Below, piece by piece: positions 37,877 to 49,575 of a DNA stretch of 64,000 nt (position 1 is its first letter; every line of letters starts with the position of its first letter). Location of the stretch: NCBI GenBank assembly GCA_026023565.1, contig JAPETS010000035.1:62001-126000 (forward strand). The letters run 5' to 3'. The notes beneath the pieces were generated by a model. The model ran no database searches. It saw only the letters and a list, made by a program, of their open reading frames with translations, and was not told the DNA's origin. Source of the DNA: Cirrosporium novae-zelandiae (Eukaryota). A program made the position numbers and the translations under genes.

Positions 37877-39849
37877 GATGGCGATGATGCTGGTATTAAC
37901 CAGAGCAAAGTCTTGACTGTTCTGATAAGTATAGAGTGAGGGGTGAGTTCGAGTTGAGTAACGAGGAGTCGAAGGAAAGGACATACGAGTTGAAACTTGG
38001 AAACTTGAGAACACTTGAAGGATGCTCTACTGGACTTAAAGTAGAGTGCGAAAAGTGGTGAGAGTTGAAGAAAGAGAAAGAAAATAAAGAGGAGAGACAC
38101 TTAGATGAGTCTCGAGTAAGCATGAGAGATTGAAATATGGGGATCTAAATCTTTGAGATCGGAAAGTTCCTCGTCATGGGATGGAAATTTGGGAGCGGCT
38201 TAAAAGGCCGCTCCAATAACACGTTTGCCTATGTATCTCAGAGCGTTCAATCCAAAATTCCCTCGGTGCTTTTTGGTACAGATATTAACTGTCGCCGAGG
38301 ATACAGTACTACGGGGAGATGCAGGTGGTATAACTGCCAGGGGTTCGTGGAATACGGAACGCGTCATTAGGACGTTGATGAAATAGATACATGATTATTA
38401 TCCTTGGTTGGATCAAACATGATGTGCTTCCTCTCTATCGTGCAGTAGACTCGAGGAAAATTGGTAGAAGGATGTCGATTTAGCTTTGTCCTGGTACATG
38501 CATAGAGACTTGAATACCATGAGGCTTGGCAGGGACAACATCCACTTAAGTCGTGATGATGGACAGTGTAGTATACGGAGGAGAGGAACAGACCAGCATC
38601 CCAACGCTCAGACCATGTACCACTTAGCGTCCCATAAGATCCCAAAAGCTTACGCCAACCTCTGTGAAGTTTAATCAGACCACTTCACATTAATGCATCA
38701 TTCACGTTTAAAATTATTAACTTGACAGAAAATTCGGAAGCTAGAAAAATACCTGAAGAGATCGGGAGATTAAATACTGCTCCGTATCCAAAGAAAAAAT
38801 ATTTCTAAAATATTTCTAAAATATAAAAAAATTACCTTACAATATTGATGCTGTGAGACGACAGAGATTTTCATTGTTGTTTATTCTCTTTGTTTTGTTC
38901 ATTTCCTTGTCTATACCATATGATTCCGCGATATTACATATACTGCTGCATTAAGACTCTACATGAATTTGACCAGCCCCAAACTATACCAACCCAACAT
39001 TATCAATTCTAAAGTACACAGGTATTATTAGCCATGTAACATTTCTATTCGTATATGTTTATGACATGATCACTAGAGCTGGCAACTGGATTCTCTTATT
39101 TCTTTAGTTAAGGCTATCGGTTTATCATAATATTGGTAACCAAATGACATTGTCGAATACCAAGACCAAATCCCAACTACACTACCATAGATGCAGGAAT
39201 ACTGTTTCTGTGACCGGTACTCCGTATTCTACAGACGTACCAGACGCGAATATGTCACCACGTACTCCTTATAATGTATGTAAATCTATTGTGGGGTTTA
39301 AAAAGGGCTGTCAGACACTTGTTTTTCCCCTCATGCGATCTTTACTAAAGAGAAAATGTGCGTTATAAATACAACTTAGAAACTTCACCTGGTTCCATTC
39401 TGTTTGGGTGAAAATGGATACTATGGTTTTGGTATATTCTTGACATTAGAAGTGCGGTACTAGGAAACGATGCTAATCCGAAGACTTTGCACTCGAGATC
39501 AGACGTAACCTTTTTGCCTTACCGAGAAACGACTAGGCAATTTGCTTTTCGGGGGCGAGTATATAGATAGCTCTTGAGGGGCATACTATCTCTATTTGCC
39601 AGCTAGTTTCACCTCGTCTTACTATCCACTGATGTGACTCGACAGTGAATAAATCGAGAGACAATCAGGCTCCTAAGGCAGCGAGTCCGGCGTTACTGCC
39701 CTGGGTGCTCCTTTTATTTATCTTCCAATTCGAAAGGGAAACCCTCTTTCTTTTCTTTCACCCACGTTTCATTCACATCACACCCAAACAGCCACTACCT
39801 CACCACAATCCATCGAAAACTTCAGTGCTCAAGCTAAATCATTTCTATT

Positions 39850-40471
39850 ATGCCTAAAGGACAGCCTACTATTACGTGGAACGATTCTAACCACACTAAG
39901 CTTCTCTATGCCCTCCTTCATGAACACAGAGAAATGAAGCTTGATCTGGCGGCTACTGCTAGTCATTTTCGTAAGTCACTCCTATCTAAGCCTTGAATGA
40001 TACCTTCCCGAGGTCTGCAATCATCTAACCTTCTACTAGCTGATGGAGTCGATGAGAATGTTCTTGCTCGTCGCATTACCAAGATCAAAGCGGCTATGAA
40101 TGATAATTCTGCCACCATTATGGGCAGTTTCGATGCTGGTGGTGCCAATGCCCCAGCCACTCCCACTTCCAAGGCTCGCCGCAAGAAGTTAACCCTGAAG
40201 AAGGTCGTCGAGGACAAAGAAGATGGCTCTGCTGATGTCGATGACTCCCCTACGAAGAAGCGTAAGCTTTCCAAGGTAGTAGTCGAGGAAGGTAAGTGTA
40301 AGACCCCAGCCTTGCAATTTAAATTACTGACTATTTCAGAAATCCCTAGTGAAAAGAAAGAGTGAAGTTTTGGAGGATGTGTCACTTGGAGGTTACTTGG
40401 ACGAGCTTTCTGAGGTAACAAAGCCTCGAACCTTGCTGGTTGTCTTCATTGGACACCGTGTACAGCTGTGA
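39850..40471 (+). CDS. Myb/SANT-like cluster gene H
   Basis: Exons 39850-39970, 40040-40291 and a last exon (end 40365 or 40471, uncertain). MPKGQPTITWNDSNHTKLLYALLHEHREMKLDLAATASHF/PDGVDENVLARRITKIKAAM, tail TPTSKARRKK and SPTKKRK. Confidence 0.75.
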
Positions 40472-41461
40472 AACTAGATAGCGAGATAGTAAGGTTGTTT
40501 TCTAGGGGTGTCTTGAGTCCCCTTAGGAGATGAACAAGGAAACATGCAGCTACTGATCAATCCATGTCGCTTTATCTTCACCTTTCAGCATTGTAGAAAG
40601 TACATTTCCTCTTCAAAGACTAAGCTTTATAGTATTAGAAGTCTGCAGTAAATGATTCGTATTATTCCCAACAATTGGACTCTAAGTTTGGGGTACTTGT
40701 GTACTATCTTCTGGAAACAGTGCTGTTCAATTCTCCGTTAAAGATGTTGCTCTGGAATGGTATTTTTGTAAAACGGTCGATCTTCAACTTGAACCATACT
40801 GACATATGTCGAATAATCTCCTAAAATTCCATACTCATAAAAAGATTAGAGTGTCCCTTTCCGATAGTCTGCTCTTTAAGCTCTAAAGTGTTAATCTATC
40901 CTCTCTTTTGTTTGAATGTGTGAAGATTTGAATATTAAACATCATAGAATAATATCTTACAATACTGGTATCCTATCTCCCGTATTCTCACACCCATACC
41001 AGTAGCGAAAAGCAGTAGGATCACTGAAACTAGGGAACCATGTAGGTACATGTAGAAGAGTTTCCCCGGTTTTAGGTATGCTAGCCATCTAGGCAGCAAC
41101 ACTTGAATCCATATAACCGTTTATCAGTTTACTCAAATGTTTGCTCTTTCATGCGTCCGTTGTTCACCGCTACATTGACTACTGCAATCACTTTATGCAG
41201 CCACTTTATTAGTCAATCTAGGGGGTTGGGGTTGGGGGAGGCATTTAGTAAACCTTTGCCAGGGACGGAAGCATCTTCCCGTTGCTAGAAAAATTTCTGT
41301 TCCTTGCAGATTGATAGAAATAATCCTTGAAAATGCCTCGAAAGCGGGGAGGGGGGTGGAGGGCTATTGATTGATGCAAATGCTTGTTTATTTTTTGACT
41401 AAAAACCAAGTCAATTGACTCATATCTTAGGTTGGTGATGTTCATCGGCTACAAGTCATTA

Positions 41462-41481
41462 GCGCGTTTCACGCGTCGCGT
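41462..41481. promoter_or_regulatory. Cluster of three CGCG cores including a perfect MCB (ACGCGT) upstream of gene I
   Basis: GCGCGTTTCACGCGTCGCGT in CpG-poor surroundings. Confidence 0.4.
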
Positions 41482-42226
41482 GTACATGCATTAAGCGAGT
41501 GGGGGCGCTAATCCCCCACCACCTAGTAGATTGTATTATGGCTTCTCTCTCAAGGAAGAAGTCCGTTGTTGTTAAATACAACGACAATGCCATACGGATT
41601 TATTTCAAGTTGTATAGGGAACGTACCTTGCAATATAATGCCTGCAGTATAATGATAAGGTTGTCTGTTTTATTTTTTTCACGTCAATAGTGATTTTGGG
41701 TGGATGGAGAAGCATCCCGGATATCTAGTATAATGTCGTCGTCGAGGGCAGCAACATGTTTTGATAGCATTCACAGACAACGAGGCTCGAGAGGCTTTTT
41801 GGCTGTGCCCCCCGTGAAGAGCATGTCGACCAAGAGACAGTGTTGTCGTGTTCATCTCCGAGGCGATATAAATTCAGGCATCTGTTCCTATAAGTTGACC
41901 ATTGTTTTCTCTTCTACTTTCAGTCATGTCATGCTCTCAAGGATAAAGCTCAAGTCCAAGTCCAAGTTTTGATTTCTCTGGCTTTCAAAGATCCTCTCCC
42001 TCGAGAGTCATCTCAAAGTTCGGTATCAGCTCACTCATCTCACTTACACTGGGACTTCTCTTGAACTATTTCCTCTCCACTCTATTTCGAACCCAGTTCT
42101 TCAAGTCTTTCGAAGTATCCAGCCACCTCAACAGTCGCCACCTTTTCATCTTTCCTCTTATTACATTCATTCCTCATATCTTCAACTACTAAAATATCCT
42201 TCGACTATCAAGCAGCAACATTCACC

Positions 42227-43033
42227 ATGGTCAACTGGAAAGCTGCCGACTCCTACGATCGTTTGATCGCCGCGGCTGTTGCTTGTAACAGCGTCGTAAG
42301 TTCTCCATTCCTTTACTCTCAACTGGCATCCAGCTATGCCATCTCCTTACTTCATTACACCGAGACCTCTTTCTCTACTTTGATACTTCCATCCCTCACA
42401 TCCCGTTCATTATACTACCGCCCATTTTCTTCCTCAAACCAAATCCTCACTCCACAATCCAATCTCTCCTCAACCCCCCCTTAAAGCAAAACTCACTAAC
42501 CTCACTAGACCGACTACAGAACCATCGCCCACTTCTACGGCAGAGATGCAACCTACAATGCCATTGAAGCCCAGTTCCGCAAATTCCGCAGAACGGCTGA
42601 AACTCTAAAGAGCGAAGCTGCATCTCGTGGAAACACTGCTACCCCTGGTGCTGCTTCCGCGACCCCTACTGGAGCAAGCTCACCTGTAACCCCCACGCCC
42701 AAAAGAGGTCGCCCTGTCGGCAGCACCTCCGGCAGCGGTCGTAAGAAGGCCACCACCACCCCCAAGGCTACCACGCCTGCCGCTTCCAAAGATGGAGTCC
42801 TCTCTGGTCGTGTTTCGAAGCCAAGTACTCCAACCAAGCCTCGTGGAAAAGCAAACGCTTCTGCTGCTGCTGCCAAAGGCAATGAGAGCAAGGATTCCAA
42901 GGACACTGCTGTCAAGATGAAGGCGGAGGGTTCTGATGCTGACAAGGATGAAGATGAAAAGACGAGTGGGTGGTTGGGTCCTGATGTGAGTTTACTAATC
43001 CCTTTTCCCTTCCCCTCCCCTCTCTTACCCTAG
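42227..43033 (+). CDS. Myb/SANT-like cluster gene I (with AT-hook)
   Basis: Exons 42227-42295 and 42509-~42985 (3' end uncertain; possible donor at 42986). MVNWKAADSYDRLIAAAVACNSV/TDYRTIAHFYGRDATYNAIEAQFRKFRRTAETLK, tail TPKRGRP (AT-hook core), GRVSKP, MKAE. Confidence 0.8.
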
Positions 43034-45880
43034 AGAGAAACAAAGAAACAAAGAACCAAGAAGACTAAAACCAAAGACAAAGATTCCTAAACCCAACCCC
43101 CCATTCTTGCTCCCTCGTCATCTTGTTGAACAAAATCCCTTACACGCACTTCTGAATTCCGAATTGTAATCTCCCTTTAGGTTTTCCATTAATCATGTCT
43201 TGATATCAACATGATATTGGCCAACACTGTTACGAAGTCTTGGCATTCAGGAAAACAAAGTACAGGAATGGAAAGCAGGTTACAAGTTGTATGTTATTGG
43301 CCATGAGGCGTGAAGGAAAGGTGGGAATCATGGGCAGTAGCAAGAAAGCAAGGGGAGGATGGGCTGTGCTCACGAAAACCCAAATAGCCTAGTTTAGTTA
43401 GTTGACTAAAGAAAAAATCATAAAAGTGGATTGAATCCAAAAAAAAAAAGAAATGTTACTTCTTCTTGTTTGTTATCTTTCCTTCCTCTCTTCATGTAGA
43501 CATACATACATCCATCTATCCCATGCCACCTTTCTCGGTTTAAAAAGTTAAGTTAAGTCGGTACTATACTATACTACACTACATTCCTTTTAATAATTTA
43601 TTTTATTTCTTCTCTTTCTTCTTTGCTTACTTTGCTACTATAAAAGCCCAAAAGGGGAGACGTGAGGTTTTTTTATCTGTTTGTTCGTTACCTGAGTGGA
43701 TTATATGGGTATGGATGCCTGGGGGTTGGGGTATGGTATTTCTGTTTTCTTCCTAAAGGGGGGAGGAGAAGGAGGGGGGGGGAGGGCTTGGCTATCCTTC
43801 TGTCGTTCTGTCTTTCTTTTCCCTCTCCTTTTCCTTTTTATTCATAGATAGGAAGGTAGATAGCTATACCCCCTCTCCCCCTCTCTATTGCCCTCTCTAC
43901 CACCCCCCTCTTTCTATTATTCTTTATCCTCTCATTATCAACAAATGGGCAAAGGAACAAATAAACAGACAAAGAAAGGAACAAAGAACCCCCCCCCCCC
44001 CTTCCCTTCCCCTCGCTCTCCTTCCACCTCTACTAAAAAAATAAAAAATAAAAAATAAAAATCAAAAAAGGAAAGGGACATTTATTACATGATAGTATAC
44101 TAACATACCAACTGCGATCCCTTCACAACCCATCCTCTAATTACCCTTCTACCCTTCTACCTCCCCAACCCTCCACTCTCTATCCCCCTTTCCCCTTCTC
44201 ATGAACCCTATCATCTCCTTACGCACAAGTAATTTAACCTACAAACTCCCAGTAGCAATTCTAGTTTGTAATTTTAGTAGTAATTAACCCATAACCACTC
44301 ACCATCACTAGCACAGGTTATATATCCATTCTTCCCATATCATATCATATTTTATTTTATTTTTGATCCCGGGCAACCAATTTTATGGGTTCATGGGTAT
44401 GTAAGAGAATTCTTTATTTTTACTTTCTAGGTTTTTTTTTTTTTTTTTACGTGGATTGGGATTGGGATTGGGATTGGGATGGGATATTTGGTCTTTCGTA
44501 TTTCGTATTTTGTGATATTTCATATCATGTGGAATGGGAATAATAAGGAAATGGGGGCACTAGGGGAAGGGGGAAGGTAGCTAGTCCAGTCTCATAAGTT
44601 CTATAAGAAGCAAGATCAAGCAAGAGGAAGCAAGATCCAATTACAACATGGAGTAAGTAAACCCATACATACCCCCCCCCCCAACTCCCACCTTCCCTTC
44701 CTTCTCCTTCTTCTTGCCCCAACCCCCCCTTTTCCACAAAACCGAAAAGAAAAGTCAAAAAAAAAAAAGCCAAAAAATGGTTAATAAAATAGCTATCTAT
44801 AGCTATTAGCTAATTACCCCATCCCTATAGGTAGGTAGTTAGTTTTTAATACATTCATTCATTCATTCATTAAAAAGTTTACAAGTTACAAACTTTTCAA
44901 AACCTCTTTATATAATAAAATAAAAAGAACCTTAAATCTATATGAAATCAGGGCTAAGAAGGTATATTATATATATATATATATACTTGGGAGATTTTTT
45001 ACATTTGTTGAAAAAAAAGAAAGAAAGAAAGAAAAAAGATCATTCCTATTGTTATTGCTATGCAACCAAGTATAACTTACCTGTACTTACCCTTTCTTTT
45101 TTTTTTTTTTTTTGTGGTTTCCGAGTTTTTCTTCTTCTATATTCCATGTTCCATTAATTCCATCCCATCTGAAAATCAAACAAAAGATAAGAAACAAAAG
45201 ATAAGGGGTAGATAGGACATAGGATATAGGAATTAGTTGGTTAGTAATGAAGATGGAAGATGGATATAGAGAAGAAGGAAGGGGAAGAAAGGAAGAAAGG
45301 GAAGGGTTTAATAAAATAAGACTTGTTTACTTAGTTAGAGGTTAGGGCATATCAGGGGAGAGGGAGAGGAGAGTTTCAAAAAAAAAAAAAAGAAAAAAAT
45401 ATCATTATCATTATTGCTATGTATTATGCACAATGTATACCTACCTATCCTTACCTTTTTTTTTCCAAGTTTCCGAATTTTTTCTATCCATTCCCAAAAC
45501 CAAAAAAAACGTACCTGCCCATAGTCCCATTCCAGAATCCTATCTCATCCCAATCGTTATTGGAAGAAGGCCAGCTTCTTACATGGAGTGGGTATCGGTA
45601 TCGTAAAAGGGTAAAATACCTCGTCTAAAAAGACTGAGCTAAAAAAAAAAGAAGCAATGGAATGGATAGAGGAATTAAATATGGATAAGAAGAAAATGAA
45701 GCGGATTAAAAAAAGTAGAAAGAACTTTTTTTTTGGGTCATGATGTCGTTAGGTCGTTAGGTGAGTTTTTTCCCCTTCCTTACCTGTGTTTAGCTAACTT
45801 ACCTTTTGGATAAAGATCGGACCGAACCTAAAGGCTTAGTTTTTTTTAAAAAAAGGAAGTAGAAAGGGGGAAGAAAGAAA

Positions 45881-45955
45881 AAGAAGAAGAAGAAGAAGAA
45901 GAAGAAGAAGAAGAAGAAGAAGAAGAAGAAGAAGAAGAAGAAGAAGAAGAAGAAG
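45881..45955. repeat. (AAG)25 microsatellite
   Basis: Perfect trinucleotide array read directly; source of the spurious poly-Phe ORF. Confidence 0.95.
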
Positions 45956-46020
45956 AACAAGATCTGTAGCGCATTAGCCGTTCCAACACCATCGGGAAGG
46001 AAAGACTTACTTTTCAAACC

Positions 46021-47649
46021 TCAAACCGTATGTGCCTTAGGCCTATTCGCCAACCTCCTTACCAACATCTCATCCTCATCCTCCCTCAACCCCAACTCCA
46101 CCTCAATCCAAAACCCCGGATCCTCCACATCCACAACCCCATCCCTCGCCACCGCCCACTCCGGCAACCCCACCGGCCGCCCCCTCTCAAAAGTAAGCGC
46201 CTCGCGATCTCTCTCCATCCCCCTGAACAGATTCAGGGCGGACCTGGTTCTGATTCTTAGGTCTGGGGAAAGGCATTTTTGGATGCGGTAGGAGAAGAGG
46301 GTGGAGTATCTGTGGGTTGTGGGGGCTATAATGCCGCTGGTGGTGGAGAAGGTGAAATCGGGTGGTGCGTAGTAAGAGGAGCGGGTGGTCGGTTTGGGGA
46401 AGCCCTTGGCGAATTGCCAGGCCGTGACGTACATGGTGCAACCCGCCGACCAGATGTCGCCTTGTTCAGATGCAAAGTCCTCGGGGGGTGCGTACTCTGG
46501 TGTGCCGCCTGGGGGTGGCGTTGGGTGGTCTGGATCTGGGGTGGTGCATGCGAGGCCGAAGTCTCCGAGTTTGACTTGGGGGTACTTTTGCCCTGGGACG
46601 AACTTCAGGAAGATGTTTTCGGGCTTGATGTCGTTGTGCAGCAGGCCCCGCCAGCCGGAAATGCAATCCGGGTCCGAGGAGGAGGGGTTGGGGTTTCCGG
46701 GGAGGTAGCCTGAGTGTAGGTATGCAAGGGCTTCGATGAGCTGGAAAAATACTTGCCAAAGGAAGGTTTCGGGGATTGGTTTGAAGCCGTAGTGGTGCGT
46801 TTTGTTGTGGCAGATGTATCGGTCGATGAGGTGGCAGAGGTCGCCGCCGTCGCACCAGTCGAGCACCAGCTCGCATTGCCGGTCTATGGTGTCGAGGTTG
46901 GCTGTGAAGCCCTCGTGTAGCTGTACGATGTTAGGATGGGAAGGCTGGAGGAATTCTAGGAGGAAATACAGTTCTCGTGGCATGTCCACCCCCGGTTCCA
47001 TTTCCACCGAGTGGAATGTTTTGCGTGCGTACAGCTCGCGGGTTTTTCGGTGGATCATCAGGTCCACTGTCGCCTGCCCGCCTCGTCCTAGTTGGACCAC
47101 GGGGCGGTATGTTGCATCGGCGAGAGGCCCCGACGGTTCTTCTTCGGCTGGATCTGGTACGGGCAAGGGGATTTTTTCAAAGGTGATGAATGAGATCTTG
47201 TTTCGGTCGAGAGCGGCTCCGATTTCGGATAGGGTTTTCTCGCTCTCGTCTTCTTCCACCTCGTAAGGTTCCGTTTCTCCCTCAAATGGCCGCCAAGGCT
47301 CGGATGCTATTCTCCAAGTGCTCTCGGGTACCATGATTGCTTGATCCCACCATTGCCATGGATTGGCCGGGGAATCTGTTTTGGGGTAGGGACCTCTATT
47401 GAGTATGATGACATCCGAATCTTGCTGCTTATTTTCTGTATCTAAAGAAATGGTATCCATTGGTTCGCCGTCTAGATCATCCATTGGTTCAAGAAATAGA
47501 CCATCCATCGGTTCACCATCAAGAGCAGAACGGTCTGATTTACCAGAAACCAGGTCCTGCATCTTCATATCGGACTGGGATAATTCTTCCTCTAGAGCCC
47601 GCTCGCGGGCTTCGTTTGTGAACATAGAGCTGCTTAATCCGCCTGCCAT
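46021..47649 (-). CDS. Ser/Thr protein kinase, NimA/Nek-like, non-RD
   Basis: Intronless 542 aa: LGRGGQATV, YARK, HPNIVQL, DWCDGGDL, HNDIKPEN, DFG, GTPEYAPPE, DIWSAG. Confidence 0.9.
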   Translation of the reverse strand: MAGGLSSSMFTNEARERALEEELSQSDMKMQDLVSGKSDRSALDGEPMDGLFLEPMDDLDGEPMDTISLDTENKQQDSDVIILNRGPYPKTDSPANPWQWWDQAIMVPESTWRIASEPWRPFEGETEPYEVEEDESEKTLSEIGAALDRNKISFITFEKIPLPVPDPAEEEPSGPLADATYRPVVQLGRGGQATVDLMIHRKTRELYARKTFHSVEMEPGVDMPRELYFLLEFLQPSHPNIVQLHEGFTANLDTIDRQCELVLDWCDGGDLCHLIDRYICHNKTHHYGFKPIPETFLWQVFFQLIEALAYLHSGYLPGNPNPSSSDPDCISGWRGLLHNDIKPENIFLKFVPGQKYPQVKLGDFGLACTTPDPDHPTPPPGGTPEYAPPEDFASEQGDIWSAGCTMYVTAWQFAKGFPKPTTRSSYYAPPDFTFSTTSGIIAPTTHRYSTLFSYRIQKCLSPDLRIRTRSALNLFRGMERDREALTFERGRPVGLPEWAVARDGVVDVEDPGFWIEVELGLREDEDEMLVRRLANRPKAHTV

Positions 47650-48528
47650 TTGTGTGTTAGATACTTCCAGAAGGGGGATTAGGGATCCGGGTTCTGTCTG
47701 TATCTGCTAGTTGTCCGATGCTATTCAAACATTGGGATTTACCCTCATTATATAGACAGGAGATACTCGACACAGGGAATAATGATGAAAGGAATGAACA
47801 TAAAGACCAGTTTGATTGTTTGATGGGTCTTTGTTATAATTGCTTCGCTGGCTTTATCTACATAAGGCCATTGTTATGAAGAAAGAAACGCGTGAAAGAG
47901 ATCGGGAAACAATGTCATCCTTTCGAGCCCTCGACTCGGGAACAAAGAAACAAACATTATAGCGACGGGACATGACAACTGGGACAATAACGAAATTGCA
48001 ATTCTCTTTTTGCTTCGAGACTGCTCTCTAGGACGCATCTTCGTTGAAACTGGGATTGTAAACGTCGTTTGGACTGGGCTGTTGATTTCGGCCACCAAAG
48101 ATCAAACATTTTCCTAGATATATGCCCGACAGCGATATTGAAAGGGAAATCTGTACGAAATGCTGGAGGGAATGGCCATTTCGTCCGTCGGCATGGAATA
48201 ATACAAAGGGCTGGCAAGTATTCCCAAGTCGGTAGGGTCGGCACCAATCAGCGGAAGCAATTACTAATCGCAATAAAACTGGTCATTGTATCCAATAGGA
48301 CAGTCCAGATGACAGAATATTCGCAGTTCCACAAAGCTGCGAGTTTTGCTTGTGGGATTTGCTCACTTACCAAGTGCCGAATGCTTCCTCATCTTGAGTG
48401 GAATTGTATTACTCGATCAATCGAGGTTCTTTGTTTTATACAGCTCGGGAAAGCGATCTTGCATGTGAGAACATATTTCATTGCAGTCTTGATATTTCTG
48501 TTAGGTGACCTGCTTCAAAGTAGGTAGC

Positions 48529-49575
48529 TTAATTAACATCTATTGCAATTCCCAAGTCTCCATCTTTAACAGCATTCTTCAAATCTTCTATATCTTCACC
48601 TCTCTCATCGAGCACCCACTCAAGAGTTTGACCAAAAGTCTCCCCGTTGTTTTCAAACCAATCGCCAAGATTTCTAACAAAGGCTTCCACTTCTTGTTTG
48701 AGTAGTGCATTGTCTCGAAGCCATAGTATCTGCCCGGGATCAAGCTTCAACATGTCCTCCACAACATAATGGTGAGGTATCTCATCTCCCCAACCCTCCC
48801 CACCTATTTCATGATGTGGTGCAATGTGATATCTGCTTTGGTATTTGTTATTGGCGTTGACTTGTTGTACGGTGTAGAAATGTTGTTGGAAAGTGGTGGG
48901 CGGTGGAGGGTAGTTCAGATGGATGTTGAAGAGAAGTTGCTGATCTGCCTCAGGATAACGTTTTCTAAACTTTCGTTGTATCGTGCCGTTGCTTGGACAA
49001 ACATGATGTTGAAGCACCTCACGAAGAACATCTCGAACATCTTCAATCTCTGCCAGTTCTTGTGAATTCCAGTTGTGCAGGAGCTCAGCTCGTTCTTGAA
49101 CAATGGAACGAAGGACACGCGTCGTTCGAGGGTAATTGCGATTATGAAAAGCACGATTATACAACCAAAGTCGATATATAGCGCGACGAAGGTGGTATCG
49201 CTCTAGGTTACGCAACAGACGACGCTTCTCGAAATTTAGCTTCCATTTTTTGACAGGATAAATATCCTCCCATTTCTTTGCGGCACGTCCCACTTCGGCA
49301 ATTTGTTTCAAGAGGGCAATCGAGAATGGAACGTTTCGAATGATGTGGGCAGGCTGGCTTGAATTGTGGGTGACCAATTGAATGGCGTCCTTCAGTGGAC
49401 CGTATTCTCGTTCGGCAGCGGCAGCAAGAATCGGCAGCTTCCGAGAGGTTGTGAATATAGTACGAAATTTGTGGCAGGTAAATGCGAGGTTCAGGACGTC
49501 ATTGACTGTACAGCAATGGCCCATCACTTCCAGAACGAGCTCGACGGGCCAATCCTCGAAGAGCATGGTGAACAT
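48529..49575 (-). CDS. F-box-like domain protein
   Basis: 348-aa ORF; N-terminal LFEDWPVELVLEVMGHC..VNDVLNLAFTCHKF is F-box-like. Confidence 0.7.
   Translation of the reverse strand: MFTMLFEDWPVELVLEVMGHCCTVNDVLNLAFTCHKFRTIFTTSRKLPILAAAAEREYGPLKDAIQLVTHNSSQPAHIIRNVPFSIALLKQIAEVGRAAKKWEDIYPVKKWKLNFEKRRLLRNLERYHLRRAIYRLWLYNRAFHNRNYPRTTRVLRSIVQERAELLHNWNSQELAEIEDVRDVLREVLQHHVCPSNGTIQRKFRKRYPEADQQLLFNIHLNYPPPPTTFQQHFYTVQQVNANNKYQSRYHIAPHHEIGGEGWGDEIPHHYVVEDMLKLDPGQILWLRDNALLKQEVEAFVRNLGDWFENNGETFGQTLEWVLDERGEDIEDLKNAVKDGDLGIAIDVN

Noticed and set aside
44453..44485. (GGGATT)n array as an interstitial telomere
   Set aside because: The unit is not TTAGGG/CCCTAA on either strand; it is a short SSR with at most G-quadruplex potential.
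43400..45800. Small ORFs or hidden tenth cluster gene in the AT-rich region
   Set aside because: Homopolymer/SSR-dominated; no spliceable Myb-like exon found by eye here or in the 31.5-32.7, 34-35, 38.2-39.6 and 40.5-41.9 kb gaps, though very diverged members cannot be excluded.
45799..46017. Poly-Phe ORF
   Set aside because: Translation of the (AAG)25 microsatellite.
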